A DNA stretch of 63,767 nucleotides, counting the filler, from Choristocarpus tenellus KU-1152 (taxonomy: Eukaryota; Protista; Phaeophyceae): the NCBI GenBank assembly GCA_964200185.2. It is 12 parts of 12 records of this genome, joined end to end, with 100 filler letters (N's around TTAATTAATTAA, not from the genome) between each part and the next. Parts side by side here need not be neighbours in the genome. Positions count along the whole stretch, not along the records: positions 1 to 17,631 come from CAXNAD020000646.1; positions 17,732 to 20,645 come from CAXNAD020023689.1; positions 20,746 to 23,649 come from CAXNAD020023771.1; positions 23,750 to 27,369 come from CAXNAD020018910.1; 8 more parts are not named here. One strand, 5' to 3'. Every line of letters starts with the position of its first letter. The stretch's first letter is position 1. The position numbers and the translations under genes are program-made. The notes beneath the pieces were generated by a model. It did not search any database and was not told the origin of the DNA. It saw only the letters and a list, made by a program, of their open reading frames with translations. Positions 13,201-27,060 of the stretch are shown piece by piece.

Positions 13201-16200
13201 TTGAGTAGCAAGTTTGAAGAGAGGTGAATGGATTAGCAGCCTCTTCACAATCCTTTTTTTCAGTCTGGAAAGAAGCTCCAGCGACTAGTATCACTACTGG
13301 CATCACCTGATATTGCCTTTCTTAGACGTTTGGAATGCAGTGCAAGACCAGATATTTGTTGAGCGATCCTAGTCCTACCCCTTGTATAACTCTTTGCATC
13401 CCTTCAAAGTGTGTTGGTTTTTGGACCTTGAGTAGATATGTCCTTGCAATCTACGCAGGCCTACTCAAACCAATATGTGAGAATTATGTCAACAGAATTT
13501 ATATTATTATGCATTTTTTATAATTCAAGATTTAAGGTAGGAAACATTGCAGGGTGAATGCTCTCAATGAAGAATTGTAACATATCTTGTAGGTGCTCTA
13601 TCAGGTGAAAAAATCTTATTCATACCATCCCCCTTTGTCCTCAATCACATTGACATTACATTATACTGGTATTATATCATTGTAAATAATAACATACACA
13701 GGATTACGGTTAAAGCCTACTCTAGCCCCAGTTCTACTTTTTCGGGTGGGCAGAGCTGGACCTATGAAAGGAATGAGATGTTGGTCATTTTTTCCCGTAT
13801 CACCTCTGCCAAAGTATAGGAAGAACATGAACCAAAAAAGGGATACCTCCTAGCCCCAGGCAGGGCTCAGGAATGTCAGTCCCTTCTCCCCTCCCCCCCG
13901 ACAGTTCACTCTAAAAGGAAGACACTAACCCATCTAACCTTTTCCTTTTCTCTCATGAGTCGTAGGCCCTCAGCCAGGTTCACAGCCTTGAAACGTGCTA
14001 GGATGGCTGCAATCATGAGACTCATTATGGCGTATGTTGCAGATATGATAAGCACGAGGAAGAACCAGAATGTGTGCTGAGACATAACCCTTTGAGTTAT
14101 CATCATCACCTTGTAGTTTCAGTGCAGTGCAATTGGGATGTGGAGGGTACAAAGCGGTGTGGAAAGGAATGGGGGAGGAAGGGTTGCATGGGATAGATTT
14201 GCAGATGTTTGAATGGTGGGATTTCCGGAATGGGGGGGCGAGAATATCAGTGGAGTAGGTGAGGGTGGTGGTCAACATTATGTTTCACACACACACACAC
14301 ACACATACACACACACACCTCGTGCCAACCTTCCAGTGTAGAGACTGTGAAGAGAGTGAGCATTGACCACAAGAGGTTGTCGAACGAAACAAAGCCTCCT
14401 GAAGGATTAGTATTCGTCTCCTTGCATGTCTCATCCTGCAGAGCATTAGTATTATGATTACGCCAATAAGAGAGGTAACAGATTAGAACACTGCATTTTT
14501 TTCTTTTGTGATAGCAAGTCAACTCTATGGTGAGAAGGAGGGATTATGGGAAATAATATTCTGTTTCAGGAATATAGATTCAAGACCCAGAGTAAGAATT
14601 GTGAGCGCCATCCAATAGCTAGGGTTAGGCATCTGTGATGCACGGATAGAATATGAGCGCCTGCCAGTGCCTTCAGTTGTGTCCAATTAGCCCAAAATAC
14701 CGTCAGGATTGCAGTCTGTTTGACTTTATTCAAAGTATTGTGATCAAAGGTTGTGGACTGTGGCTGCTAGAAAGTTGCAGACACCTACTCCAGAGTATGT
14801 GTACAATGTTTCAGGAAATCTGTCAAGGATTGCTCTGATACCATGCAGTAATCGGTCAATGTATTGAAGCAAAGAGACACGCCTCCAAATCACTATGAAT
14901 AACGATTTCAATACCTAGGGAGTTGTTAGGGATAGTGCATTTGGCATTTTTGCTTCTGTTTTCTAGGGTTTCACGGTCAGTTAAGATATAACAAAACACT
15001 GATGTACTCTACTTGCTATCCCTCTCAAAAGAAATATAGAACCATACTGCTTGCAACCTATGTTCACTCTTCAGCTCCAATGTCTTCGATATCAATTTGT
15101 CAATATTCCACTCGGTACAACCATTCATAGGAGTTCAAATGAATTGTACACTATTCTTGGATTTTCATGACATGATCGACAATACCCTCGACCGATTAGT
15201 GAGCCAGCAGTCAGGGACGAAATAGCTCGGTAGAATAACGGTTTATTTACTTCAAAGAAATAGATTTAGTGCAGCAGACTCGTTTAGTGTAGGGGGTGGC
15301 CGCAGCTTCCATTCCAAGTGCACACAGCAGTTACCAGTTTTCCTTGGTGAGACAATGTTTCAATCATGTATATGTGAATCCTGTATCGATTTTAGCCAAC
15401 ATCAGATAAATTTGTCCACCTAATACGCGTTTTAGTTGGTGCAAACAATCAGTATAGCAATAAGATGAACCGAAGGTATGCGATGAAAGTGCATAACTCA
15501 ATAAAATCCGTTATACAGCTATTGTTTTACATTCAGTCACTAGGACTAATCCCTGTTGTAACCTCCCCTACCCCCTCAACACTTGTTTCATATTCAATGC
15601 TTCGAATTGTATCGATTTGTTTTTTAAATTGCCCAAGGACTCCAAACAGGACAAAAAGGGATATGCATCAACATATTACAATAGACCACTTATTGCAAAG
15701 TAGAGTACAGTCCAGGTACATTCGTTTTTCAATTTTCACTATTCCAAGGTAGAAAGAGGTAGAGGATCTTAGCTGTGCCCAAGAGCATGAAATATATGCA
15801 ACATGTGCAATACCCCCTGCCTCAACTGATAGCCACCATGGACATGTTACTCTCTATGGAATATGACGGTGTCAAGTTGCAGAACGAAGTGCTGAGACGT
15901 CCACTATCAAATAGTCACATGAGACCATGGAGATATGCACCTCCTTGCAAGTGTATGGTTGGTTCAGCACATTCATGTCCTCACAAAAGCTTGATCCCTC
16001 ATCCTGATTGAGTGCACAAACACCCAAACTTATTGCCTGTTTGGCATCTTCTTCTTGTAGTCCCCCCTCCATTTCCCTGTCTCTGCCCCCGCCTTCCACT
16101 CCAGGTGACCATCCCATTACTCGATTTTCTTCTCTTGCTTCAGTTACATTGACAAGCTCCCCCTTCCCCTTGGCAGCTATCAACAGCATCTGAAATTTGT

Positions 16201-17058
16201 TTTCCTCCAGATGCAGCACTCTCTGTCCTTTCCAGCTAGACTGCCCACTGTCCTGTGACAGCATAGTGCCCTCATTACTCCCCAGTGATATTTCGTCAGC
16301 AAGAGATGGATGGTTTTTGAAACATCGCATGGTTAAAGTTCCTGGCGTACGTAACAAGAAGCAGAGGTGAGGACAAGTTAAATTTCGACTATACAATCAT
16401 GATGTGTGAATGTGTAAGGTAGAAAAAGAGTATTCAGCTTTCAAGAGGTAGAAGAGGCCGTAGGGGGAACTCCACCCAGGAGGGAGAATTTTGGGGCTAA
16501 TCTTTGAAAGTCTGCATTTAGTGTGACTGGGTTGAAACCACCTGATTTGAAGTAGAGCGCAAGTGGTTGCATTGTGTAATAGTTTGCTCAAAGGGTACTG
16601 TGTAGTTTGCTCAAATGTTGATGAAATCAATTGCTTGGTCACCTGTTCAAATTATTCAAAAGTGCTGTTACATACTATGAATTTGTTGTAGAGCCTTACC
16701 ACGGAAAATACAAATAGCTGGTGTTGCTCCAGGTAAGGAAAGTGTATTCAATACTATGCTCCTTGTCTCAAGTCACAAGTTTTGCTCTTGACCGTTTTGT
16801 TCTGTTTCCCTTCTGTACTACATACCTTGTACTTGAAAAGGAGATATTGGACTGTGAAAGAAGAAGGCAGAGACACTTGGGATCGCCCAAACAGAAGGCA
16901 AATGACTCATAGGAGAAAGAGGCACAATACAAGGCAGCGAATGACTTACCAGACCATAGGAGCACCCCCATGATGGCGAATATAGTAAGGTAGAATAGGA
17001 AGATGAAGACAATCTGACCAAGTGTCCAGCCGGCCCGAAAGAGGCTGGTAACAACAAG
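7283..17058 (-). pseudogene. Voltage-gated Ca/Na (Cav/Nav-type) channel alpha subunit: repeat I S5-S6 plus complete repeat II; disrupted or truncated after IIS6
   Basis: Thirteen phase-compatible exons: 17058-16950 (IS5), 16341-15941 (GTLTMRCF loop), 14435-14319 (SFDN...TLEGW), 14109-13939 (IS6), 13131-12922, 12541-12470 (WDRLIIT), 11460-11285 (IIS1-S2), 11062-10987 (RWNRFDCFI), 9591-9514 (S4 KMLRLFRVLKIGR), 9060-9046 (YLKRQ), 8890-8687 (IIS5, RFDTF), 8054-7944 (AGDDW) and 7411-7283 (FVILNLMLAVVLEG, then stop). The donor after 7944 reads ACAAGT. Confidence 0.85.
15150..15720 (-). mobile_element. Highly decayed piggyBac-like transposase relic in a channel intron
   Basis: Minus-strand IHIYM...SCGHP and GIVDH fragments resemble the piggyBac H.YMDN..CGT and GGVD motifs. 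Confidence 0.3.
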
Positions 17059-17579
17059 CTGCTCAGATGAAACATTGGGTTGTGGATTTAACACTGCATG
17101 TTTGGTTGTTTTAGACAGAGGGACTGCTAATGGATCAGAGGTGTGGAGCAGAGCACTCAATCGTTTGTCCCTGGTTCATGAGCGATGTGGTATTGTCTAT
17201 ATTCGACTACTACTTTCGTTCCCATCTCAACGGATTTGCTGCTTGATGTAGAGATCTTGGTTGTCTTCATATTCCACACACCCCAAACCGCCTTCCTTTC
17301 CGTGTCTCGCAGCTACTATTACCAGTATTCTGATTTATTCAGGTCAGCCCTACAATCTACTTAGGAATAATCAGTATACTGTGAATTGAGAACCCTAACG
17401 AGCACCTCCAATTCTTGAGTCGGACAACGTTTTCTCCCATTTTTTATTGCGTCTGCATCGCTAAGCATATGAGGAGTACGAGGTGCTCCTTAGGAGTTCT
17501 TGAACATTATGCAGATCATTTCTATCCAAACAAAAGCATCGACTTTAAAAAATCAATGTTGGTAGTTCCTCCTATTGAT

Positions 17580-17631
17580 GACCTAAAGTATCTGGGAGGG
17601 GGGGGGGGTCTACACCAGGGTGTCTATTTGG
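17580..17631. mobile_element. MITE family A, left end cut by contig end
   Basis: gacctaaagtatctgggagggg...tctacaccagggtgtc. Confidence 0.8.
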
Positions 17632-17731
17632 NNNNNNNNNNNNNNNNNNNNNNNNNNNNNNNNNNNNNNNNNNNNTTAATTAATTAANNNNNNNNNNNNN
17701 NNNNNNNNNNNNNNNNNNNNNNNNNNNNNNN
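17632..17731. other. Artificial contig linker (N44-TTAATTAATTAA-N44). Identical linkers at 20646, 23650, 27370, 35605, 41531, 47251, 51192, 55136, 58165 and 60986
   Basis: Identical 100-nt spacer with a six-frame-stop 12-mer, present 11 times. Confidence 0.97.
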
Positions 17732-19190
17732 CCCAACAATCCCCTCTGGGACAATGGCATTAACTTTAACCCCCTCAGGGGAAAGTGTACTCATCGCTAC
17801 TTCATCCTCCTCTGATATAGTAGCCTCCAACAACATTCCTCCACACCCCTCTTGGGCGAGATCGAAATCTCTAACCCCAGTGCGGGTTAGGTCGGTACCT
17901 CCAGTCTCATCCTGTGCAAAATCGAATCTTCTAACCCCTTCCTGAGCGAGGTTATCAGATGCCACAACATCCTTCTTTGATGTTGAGTTTGCTCCAGTCA
18001 CTCACTCCAGATCAACATGTACTGCAGTCACTTCTGGGGGAGGCCACTCCTCATCAGTAGTCCCCCCTGGGTCGATGGCATCCCCTGAAACTCCCTCAAG
18101 GGTATTCACTCCTGTCGCTGCAACATCCTCCTCTGACATTGCAGTCTCCTCAGATTTCCCACCTGTGGTGGTATCTCCTCCAGCCCTTGTTAGGGCGAGT
18201 GCGTCTGTTCCCGCCTCCCCCTCGGCTAGAACTAGTCCTGACACATTCTTCTCTGTCATGTCAGGAACTTCAGGTGGTTGCATTGAGGGCAGGTCAGGAA
18301 TTGTCAAGAAGCTTCTTCGATTAGCTTTCAATGTAAACAATCCATAATTCTTCCCACTTGTCTTCACAAATTCCAATCCAGGTCCTCCAGAAGAAGGGGT
18401 TAATCGCAGAGAATTTTCCCCTTTCCAATATAATTCTCCCCCTGATTGTTCCCCCGCTTGTATCTTTGAGAAGAGATTAATTTTAACCCAGGAACAAATG
18501 ACACATTGTGCAAGATGAAGTTTGAAACTTCTCCATTCTGTACACAAGATAACGACAAATTTCCTATGCCTGAAACTTGTAGAACCTTTCCATCTCCAAC
18601 AGTCACCGATGTCCCTACCACAGGTTTTGGATCTATCAGAGCAGTAGGATTATTTGTCATATGAATCGAACACCCACTGTCAAAGAACCAGAGTTCATCC
18701 ACTTCCACAATACTTCCATCATTGCTCACCAATGAGAAAGAATCCTCCAAGCTGAGCTGGTGTACCACTTTCTTTCTGTTCACCAGTGTTGCTTGCATTG
18801 CCACTCCCCTTCCCTTTACCATTCTTCTTCTTCATTTGGGGAGCTTGTCCAGAGGATCGTTGACCCGATTCTCCCAGACCACCATAGTGTTTGGGACAAC
18901 TGTAAGCCTTGTGTCATTTTTCTCCACAGATACAACGAGAATCTATCTAAGATCGGGACGAAACAACAGTGGGACAAGAAGATTGATAGTGTGGTCCTCT
19001 ACACTGCCAGCACTCCACACGTTTTGGCTGCTGATCCTTTACAATACCTGCATTGCCGTTCCTGGATTGGGGACCTCCAACCATCAATGCACTACCATTA
19101 TTGCCCATCCTTCTTTCACGTTGTCTTTTGCGAAGTTGATACGTTTCGCAAACTCGTTTTTGGAGATCCATCCTTGCTGCCCGACCGCAA
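17732..19190 (-). mobile_element. Ty1/copia LTR retrotransposon relic (gag knuckle and protease; integrase apparently deleted)
   Basis: Zinc knuckle ECWQCRGPHYQSSCP and copia protease WFFDSGCSIHMT...VTVGDGKVLQVSGIG, with frameshifts. The sequence then runs directly into an acidic spacer-like region. A MITE end at 19192-19216 abuts the 5' side. Confidence 0.85.
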
Positions 19191-19529
19191 CGGGTCAAAG
19201 TATCTGGGGGGGGGGGAGAGATCATTGCTGCACAGAGTATTTTTTAATCAAGTATTCAGAACACATTCTAACAACTCCAAGTAACGCCTGATAAGATCTC
19301 AACAGTGTTAGTATTATCAAACATGGCAATCTACACTTCCGAAATCAGGCTGCACTATTTATATATATACGTACATATGTATATATAGAGAGAGATATAT
19401 ATTTATGTGTTGAAGGCCATACCTAATCCCACACTACAAGAGAGATTCTCACTATCATCTCAAACAAAGACTAATTCTATGTTACTCTGTTTTTGTCCTT
19501 GACCCTTGCCCCTTGTCTTTGACCCACAG

Positions 19530-19676
19530 ATCGTCGTGTCTCCTCTTGTGTCCCTCATGGAGGATCAGTTGTCCAACCTACCTCCTCAGCTGCCCGGGGC
19601 TTCTCTGAGTGGTCACCATGGGGGTCTCCGGGAGACAGCAAGGACCATCAGAGATCTGCAGGCGGGGAGGGTGAAG
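19530..19676 (+). CDS. RecQ helicase (RECQL4-like) internal exon, motif Ia
   Basis: cag|IVVSPLVSLMEDQLSNLPPQLPGASLSG...RDLQAGRVK|gcaaga. Carries the RecQ VSPLxSLMxDQ motif followed by the RECQL4-type LPP. Confidence 0.85.
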
Positions 19677-20765
19677 GCAAGAAACAGAACACGCACGGCC
19701 CTTGACTTCTTAGGGTTAGGGCAGTCATTTCTGGAGAGTTTCTCTGTGTATTATCTCACTCCCTTTCTCTCAACACCTCAATGGTTTATTATTTTTTCTA
19801 TTACTATTACTATTATTATTATTGTACTGTGTAACTGTACAAGAAAGATGAAACAGGCACGACTTTTCCGACTACATTATTAAGGTCCACCCTTCTAGAG
19901 AAAGTTCTCCGGGGGAGAGGGGAGAGGGGGGGGGGGGGGGGGGGGGCTCCTTGTGTCCATCCACCTTAAAAGGGATGGGATAATTGCACTTTTGAAGCTG
20001 TTGGGGCTGTTGGATGGTTTCCGCTGATACGATACTGGTCGATCAGTAGCAAGCAGGGTTTCTTACAACATGGCTTTTGTTAGGTTGGGTGGGCAACTGA
20101 ACAAATCAGTACTTTCCCAATTTGCACAGACTGATCAATCAGACTGCAAAGAGTGCACTACTCCGTGTGCATGTGGTACCTCCCAAACTGGTGTGGTTTT
20201 TTTGTTTATATTGGTTATTTCGAGTGTGTCCTTGTTGGACCACTGCTGGGAAGGCAGTTTGGTTTTAGCCTTTTTTTTTTAATTAAAAATTATACCTGTT
20301 CCAACTCACTGTCGTTTGCATGTCCCCTTTTTTTCCCAGATCATTCCAATAATAATAATAATAATAATAATATGATAAAAATATATGTATTGAGAGTAAG
20401 AGAAAGAAAAAGGAGTCAGACTCCAGCAAATCGATGAGGGGCTTTCAAATCAAACTTGTGCCCCATACACTTGAGATATATGTATGTATGTTCTTAAAAC
20501 ATGTCCTCAAGAGGGAAAAGAATAGGCTGTTTCAGCTCCCAAAGACTTCTGGCAAAGCACAAGCAAGTGGTTCCAATCATGGGACTCCATCTATGGGATC
20601 TGTAGACCCACTAGTCCTAGTAACCTCGGCAATATCCATCAACCCNNNNNNNNNNNNNNNNNNNNNNNNNNNNNNNNNNNNNNNNNNNNTTAATTAATTA
20701 ANNNNNNNNNNNNNNNNNNNNNNNNNNNNNNNNNNNNNNNNNNNNGCCCGCGCGGGGAGGGCAGG

Positions 20766-20822
<57 letters not shown>

Positions 20823-22546
20823 GGCGGATGATATTCCACTAAAACATTTTGAACACATGGGTCAAGAACAAACTCCTCTTACGAGGAGGAACCATGTAAT
20901 ACACTTTGCTGTTGTTCTATCTCAAACATCTGGAAATACAACAACATAATTGGAAAACTGCCCATGAAACGCACAGAACTCCAATAATGGTGCCTGAAAT
21001 CATATGCCACCACCGCTTGTGTTTCTTTCAAAATAATAGTAACTACAGTTACACGCAAGTGCACACCACCCTAGGCAACCGCCTTCTTCTTCCTCGTGCC
21101 CCTCTCTTCACGGGAAGGCTGCTGCACACTCCATCCAAACAACGCACCAGGGCCAATGCTGACAGAAAAGGACTATACACAACTCTCAGTGTATAAACAG
21201 GGGATTGATTCTTTTTCCACATCACTCCTCAAGGAAACTGCATCACTGTCCCCCCCCCCCTTCGGCCTGTCAACACCCAACCTCCACTACCAATACAGGT
21301 ACATCATGTGCAAAGTCAGGGTCAGGAATCTATTTGTATCCTAGAAGTAGTGGCAAGTTGGGCACGAGAGTGCATCTCGCTCTAAAATCCATTCTACTTC
21401 AAGTCCACAACATGAGCACCACAAACACACACACATAAAACACACAACAACAAAACCTCATACTAAAGACAAATTACGCTACAACAGGATCATCAATCAA
21501 ACCATCCACAAGGATGGATGGGTACAGGTGTGGTGTGTGACAGCTCGCTGTACAAAATGACCCTCCCACTCACGGTCTGGTTCATCTTTCAGTCCTTGTC
21601 ACAGAGGCTGTGTGTGCCAACATCCCATTCATAGGCATATCACACATTAGCCCATAATACACACACACCACCAATGACACACATCACCTCCTCAATAACA
21701 CAAAAACACACACACATACACACACACACACACATTCAGGGATCAAAGACCTCAAGGGATTCCCACCTTGGACAAATGCCCCTGGAATGACTTCGGTCTT
21801 GCCCCAAACTCAGATTTGCATGCTTGTAATTCATTGCCGGGGGTCAATTCCACCTAGTATTAGCGCATTCCTCCAATGCCATCAGCATGCATGAAACTTA
21901 TTAGATCCCGCTCATCTATGGAGTTGGTCCTGTGAAATGGACACATCGAGCAGCACAGAAAAATTGTCAAGTGTGTAGTATATAACAAAGAAAATTGCTG
22001 ACACAAGGGGACTTTCGTCTTACGCGCGATTAGCCATTTTTTCATCAATAAAATTATTATCACTTACTCAACAACTAGCCCAAGCACCAGGGCTTTCTAG
22101 GCAATGTCAGTACTTCTTCCCACCAAGCACTGCCTTACTTCACAAGGGCTGCTTGAGAGGGGGAGGAGATGAGATAAAGCACTACAGTTCGACAAGACAC
22201 ACAACTTCAATACCCTACCAAAAATTACACTATTCACAGTGCTGGCACTACAAAAACCAAAGAAAAACAAGAAAAAAATCTAATCGTCGTCCAACAGACA
22301 GCAAGCAACGACCTGCTACTATTAATAGTAACCTCAATTTCTACCTTCAACACATTTTGCAGTACCACTACAAAACAAAATCAGCGGAGTACCACAAGCA
22401 CAAACCTTTCTCTTTACCTCAAGACCCTGGGATTCAACCATTTATGCCACAACCAGTTCATGCTGCACCAAAAAAAACTTAGTCAAGTGATCACCTCAGG
22501 TGATGCCATCCAATACTCTACTATATTTGTTGTACCTATTACTCAC

Positions 22547-23600
22547 CCCAACAGATCAGAGTACATGTCGTATTGATTTCCTGCATTGTTATCTGCAACC
22601 TCGGTCTGATCCACTTGCCCCACCAACAAACACTCAGGGTGCTCATGCCCCCCACACTGACACCCCTGCCGAAGAGGCCCGGCTCGCCCTGCACCACTTG
22701 CCCCACCCACAATCCCACCCCCCACAGATGACCCTTGCTGGAGCTGCTGCAGTTGTGTCTGCTGCTGTAGATGGTGCAGTTGTGACTGCTGAAGGTGATG
22801 CTGCCCCTGGCACTGATCCCACCCATGAGGACCATCCCCACCACTGCTTACCAAACTTACACCTTGTTGGGTGCCAAAGCGTTGCTGGGCAGAAACATTG
22901 CTAAATACTCCATCTCCTTGAACCTGTCCCTCCATCCCTATCCCTCCCAGAGTACGAGTTTGCTGCTGCTGCTGCTGCTGCTGCTGCAGAAGGAGTTGAT
23001 GATGCTGTTGCTGCTGAACCTGTTGTGCAGCTGAGGAGTTAGAGTGGGTCCGCTGCAACCCCACAGCTGAGGAGTTAGAGTGGGTTCGCTGCAACCCCAC
23101 AGCTGAGGAGTTAGAGTGGGTTCGCTGCAACCCCACAGCTGAGGAGTTGGAGTGTGTACGCTGCAGTGCAACATGCCCTTGGGACAAGTGGCTTCCCAGT
23201 AATGATGGTGGCAAAGACTGCCGACCACTGCCCACACTACTGCCATCACCTCCATCACCAACCTGAACATGTCCCAAACCTGAACCAGGGCTCAAGGGAA
23301 GCATGTGGTGCCTGCGCTCCACTGATGACAGCGAGGAAGACGAAGAATTTCCTAACCCATTAGAGGCCTTCTCCAGCTGATCAAAGCTGCTTGTGCGCTG
23401 CCGCTGCTGCATTGGTTGCTGAATGCGATGTTGCCCGGTGTGCACATGGTGCTGTGTGAGCGCCATACCCCCTTCTCTCCCCTGTCCTCCCAACCCTCCT
23501 CCTCCTGCAGCATGACGGTCTCCCCCTCCCGCACCATTCAAAACTTTCCCGTTCAGACCTTTAGCTCTAGTTGCACCCCCCCCCCTGCTTCCTCCAACAA
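22547..23600 (-). CDS. Large Gln/Gly/Ser-rich disordered exon of an unidentified host gene
   Basis: ORF of more than 330 codons with polyQ and a 4x LQRTHSNSSA(VG) repeat, ending at a GTGAGT donor. Confidence 0.6.
23028..23165. repeat. 36-bp coding minisatellite, about 4 copies
   Basis: cagctgaggagttagagtgggttcgctgcaacccca repeated. Confidence 0.9.
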
Positions 23601-24699
23601 CTCTACCATCTCCTCTATCCTCTTCTCCCAGGGGGAGCTTCCTCTTCCCNNNNNNNNNNNNNNNNNNNNNNNNNNNNNNNNNNNNNNNNNNNNTTAATTA
23701 ATTAANNNNNNNNNNNNNNNNNNNNNNNNNNNNNNNNNNNNNNNNNNNNGCCCCTTTTGGAATGGGAATCCATGACGAAGGTGGTAGTAGGAGAGTGTGT
23801 GGGGGGCGACAATGATTCGTTTGATCGTCGTGCACATGTATGCCCTGCGTTGGATTGCTTGCTTGAATAATTAGTGTGGTCGGTGGAGTCGTTTGATTGT
23901 CAATGGTGGTGGTAGAAAAAAATATTTACTTCAAAGTAGTTTCTTTAGGGGCAGCGTTTCATTGTCATTATGGATGGTTGACTGACAGAGAAGAAGTGCT
24001 ATTTCCCATATTATTAAATTGTTTATCAATTATTGCTATTGTCGCCAAGTAGAAGAAGAAGCTGGGCAAATTACCTTGGGAGGTAATGCTATTTGTTAGT
24101 AGTGAAGATAAGAAGGTGTGAAGCATCACACGACCCCCTTTGCTGAACGTGATCACACGGTTGAAATTAGAAGAGTGACATTTGTGGGGTCTCTTCTCAT
24201 CTCTTGTTTTATTATTATTTGTGCTTCCTACAGGAGTCAACAATTAAATCAAAGTAGTTGAATTCAAATCATCAAAACCTACACATATTCCATTCATAAT
24301 TCTGATGTACTTTCTCATTAGTTGTATCACATGGACTTGATCAAAATGACTATCTCTCATACACAAAATAAGGTACACCTTACTATTGTCCTATTTTGCA
24401 CACTCCCCCATGAGAGTGCAGGCAATGAAAGAGTTGCTGGAACTCTCAAACCTAAGACATCTTATTGTGCACACTCCCATTCTACACACTTCCCCATGAA
24501 AAATGCAATTAAAAGACGTCAGATTGGTTCAATTCTCACACACAGCACATTTATCTTCTCTACACAATAAAAGAACACTGATTTTGCTTGAACTCAAACA
24601 TACGCCATTCATCTAGTCAACACAGTGACGTACAATCGTGTCCCATGATGACCCCTCGCTTAATTTATGGTTAAAAACTTGAATCAGCCCCCTTTTGCT

Positions 24700-25433
24700 G
24701 TTTCTCTTGTTGGACGTAGCACTCACTCCCCCAGGTTTGAAGCCTATCATAATTGAAAGTCTTGTACATCCTCTTGTTGAGTGAAGTCCTTTGCTAACAA
24801 CCTTCCTCGCCAGGGTGCCCCTGATCTGGAAGATGGTTCTTGATGGTCTGGAGTAGATAATATTTACTTCCCAGACTTACAAGTCTGGTACAGGTAGCCC
24901 TTTGCTGACAAGCTTCCTCTGGTTTTCTTTTCTGGCTCCAACCCTGGTCCAGCTAATTCCTCCGCCTGTTAAGACGGTGTCGCTCTCCTCTGGCGACAAA
25001 CGATCTGAAGGTTTCCTTTACCTCCACATTTGTAGCATATTCCTTCAAAAGAACAAGGACCAATATGCTTGATCAGTCCACAGTTTAAACATCTTCTGTT
25101 GGTCCTGATCTTTGTTGTAATATCGTCCGTATGTTGACCAGTTGTACCTTGGCCGCCTCTTCCGCTGACCTTTTGTGTTCTCTTCCATGAGTTCATGGTC
25201 CCAGCGGCTAGAGTGCTCCCAGGCTCCCCACGGTTAGCTCCTCCTTTCCTTTCTGGTGGAGGCTTAGTTACTGCTCCTGCTAATGTTCTGCTCCCCTAGT
25301 GGCGGATACAGTAATTGCTTTTCTCATTCCGTAAGCAAGAATCTTGGGGTCTCCAATCGATGGGCGTGCCCCCTTCAGGGACAAGTGTTGTGACGACTGC
25401 TCTAGGTCCATAGGAAGAATATTGTGGTTCAGA

Positions 25434-25487
<54 letters not shown>

Positions 25488-25740
25488 ATTGCAGCTCCGG
25501 CTGCATTGCCTCGATTAACTCCGTCATCTTGTCCCAGGGTCCCACTGCTCGATACTCGGCATGGCATACCAGGTACCCAAACTATCTTCTTGACCTCCAG
25601 TTCTTGCTTGTTATCGATCGTACCATATCTCATGTCTCCTTAGCCTACAGCTTCCATTTGTGTCGAAGGTGCAGGTCCACTTTGTTGGGATGACAATGAT
25701 GATACTATTCTGACAGAAGCTATCACTGAGTGCATGTAAG
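24700..25740 (-). mobile_element. Rearranged copia-like retrotransposon relic
   Basis: Two CCHC-like knuckles (CLNCG...C, CYKCGGKGNLQIVC) and a protease-tail-like KIVWVPGMPCRV. Contains a (GCTCAG)n run at about 25433-25487. Confidence 0.55.
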
Positions 25741-26136
25741 TGTTGACATTATATGATGATCGACCTCTTCGTACGAATATCTCAGTCGTGCCCGAGATAT
25801 CGTTTGTTGCGATCTGCCCCCCCCCCCCACCCTGTCAGATACGCCGATCTGCATTTATCTATTTTCTCGGGCAAGTTGTTGGACTTGTAGCACATGACCG
25901 TGGGCGAACGGGGCAAGGGGTAGGTGGGAAGCGGTCGCGGGACACACGCGGCAGGCAGTAGAGAGCAACATGTTGCTGTTGACAGAAAGACCACGAGGGA
26001 TAAAATAGATCAACAGCGAAAAGATCAACAATTGGCTGACTGACGATGAACCAAACAAAGGAAACGCGGTAACAACTTGGTAGATCAGAAGAGTCATCAG
26101 GCGATCATGGAACAATGACAACACCCCATCACCCAC

Positions 26137-26575
26137 CGTTGGCAATTAGCCTCTCTTCTGCTTGGTTGAACTCCATGTAGACCCGCATCATGAAGGCGCG
26201 TTCGGGATCAAACTCTCTCTTCAGCACTGTTATTGTATGGTTTCCATCCAGTGTACGTCCTTGAATGGCAAGCACGGTTTCGGCGGTGAGCTGGTCCCCA
26301 TTACCTAAAGAGTCTCGCTGGATTACCACAGATGGAGCAAACTGCTCCAGCCAGCCTTTCTCGTGGATAGACTTGCTGACGCGCGCAAGGCCACGCTCGC
26401 TCAGTGGACGCACCATCTCCGTGCACGTGATGTTATTGAGTTTCATCCGGCACGTGTCGAGATAGTGATGTTCTAGGAGCGAGGACATGCCCTTCAGATC
26501 GCTGTCCCATGTTCTCGATCCGTGGGCAGCGCCATCGGCGGGCGGGTGGGTTGTTGTTGAGCGAATGCTGGACAT
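26137..26575 (-). CDS. ParB/Sulfiredoxin-fold protein, first exon (probably degenerate)
   Basis: MVRPLSERGLARVSKSIHEKGWLEQFAPSVV...RTLDGNHTITVL fits the ParB N-terminal pattern R.....L..SI...G.....V...DG.HR. Good ATG context (ttcgccATG) and a GTGGGT donor. The motif Arg is replaced by Thr. Confidence 0.7.
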
Positions 26576-27010
26576 GGCGAAGATTGGGAGGGTCTGACGG
26601 GGATCGGTAAATAACAGGTGCGCGTGGTATGTACTGAAGGGAATTAATTGAAATGAGGACTGAGGGATGGGAGGTGCTGCTTTATTTCATCTGGTCATTG
26701 GGTCCTCAAAACTCAGATTTGTCTTTCCCTTGACAATTGTGTTATAAAAAATATGAATATCGAACAGCATACGATTTCATATTTGAAAGAGACAGAGCGT
26801 AACAGTTTTTTGTGATCTTTTCGTTTCGTATGTTTCAAACGTATTAGATTAATGAAGGATGTGGTTTGTATCTGTATTTGTTGATGTAACGATTAGAATA
26901 TCGTTCTAATTTTGTAAAAACCCTAACACACGTGTTTTGGGTGTTCAACAGTAATCAAGATCAGTGCAAATCTTGAATACCATAGATACGCTTTTTTATG
27001 GTCTCTAGTG

Positions 27011-27060
27011 TTTATTTAAATACTAAAGAAGCCAAAAAGCTTCTTTAGTATTTAAATAAA
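27011..27060. repeat. Perfect 22-bp inverted repeat with a 6-nt loop
   Basis: tttatttaaatactaaagaagc-caaaaa-gcttctttagtatttaaataaa. Confidence 0.95.

Noticed and set aside
17676-17687. Recurring TTAATTAATTAA motif and ORFs ending in ...LIN
   Set aside because: Artificial linker.
25344-25693. RL, QA and SL dipeptide ORFs
   Set aside because: Product of the (GCTCAG)n microsatellite.
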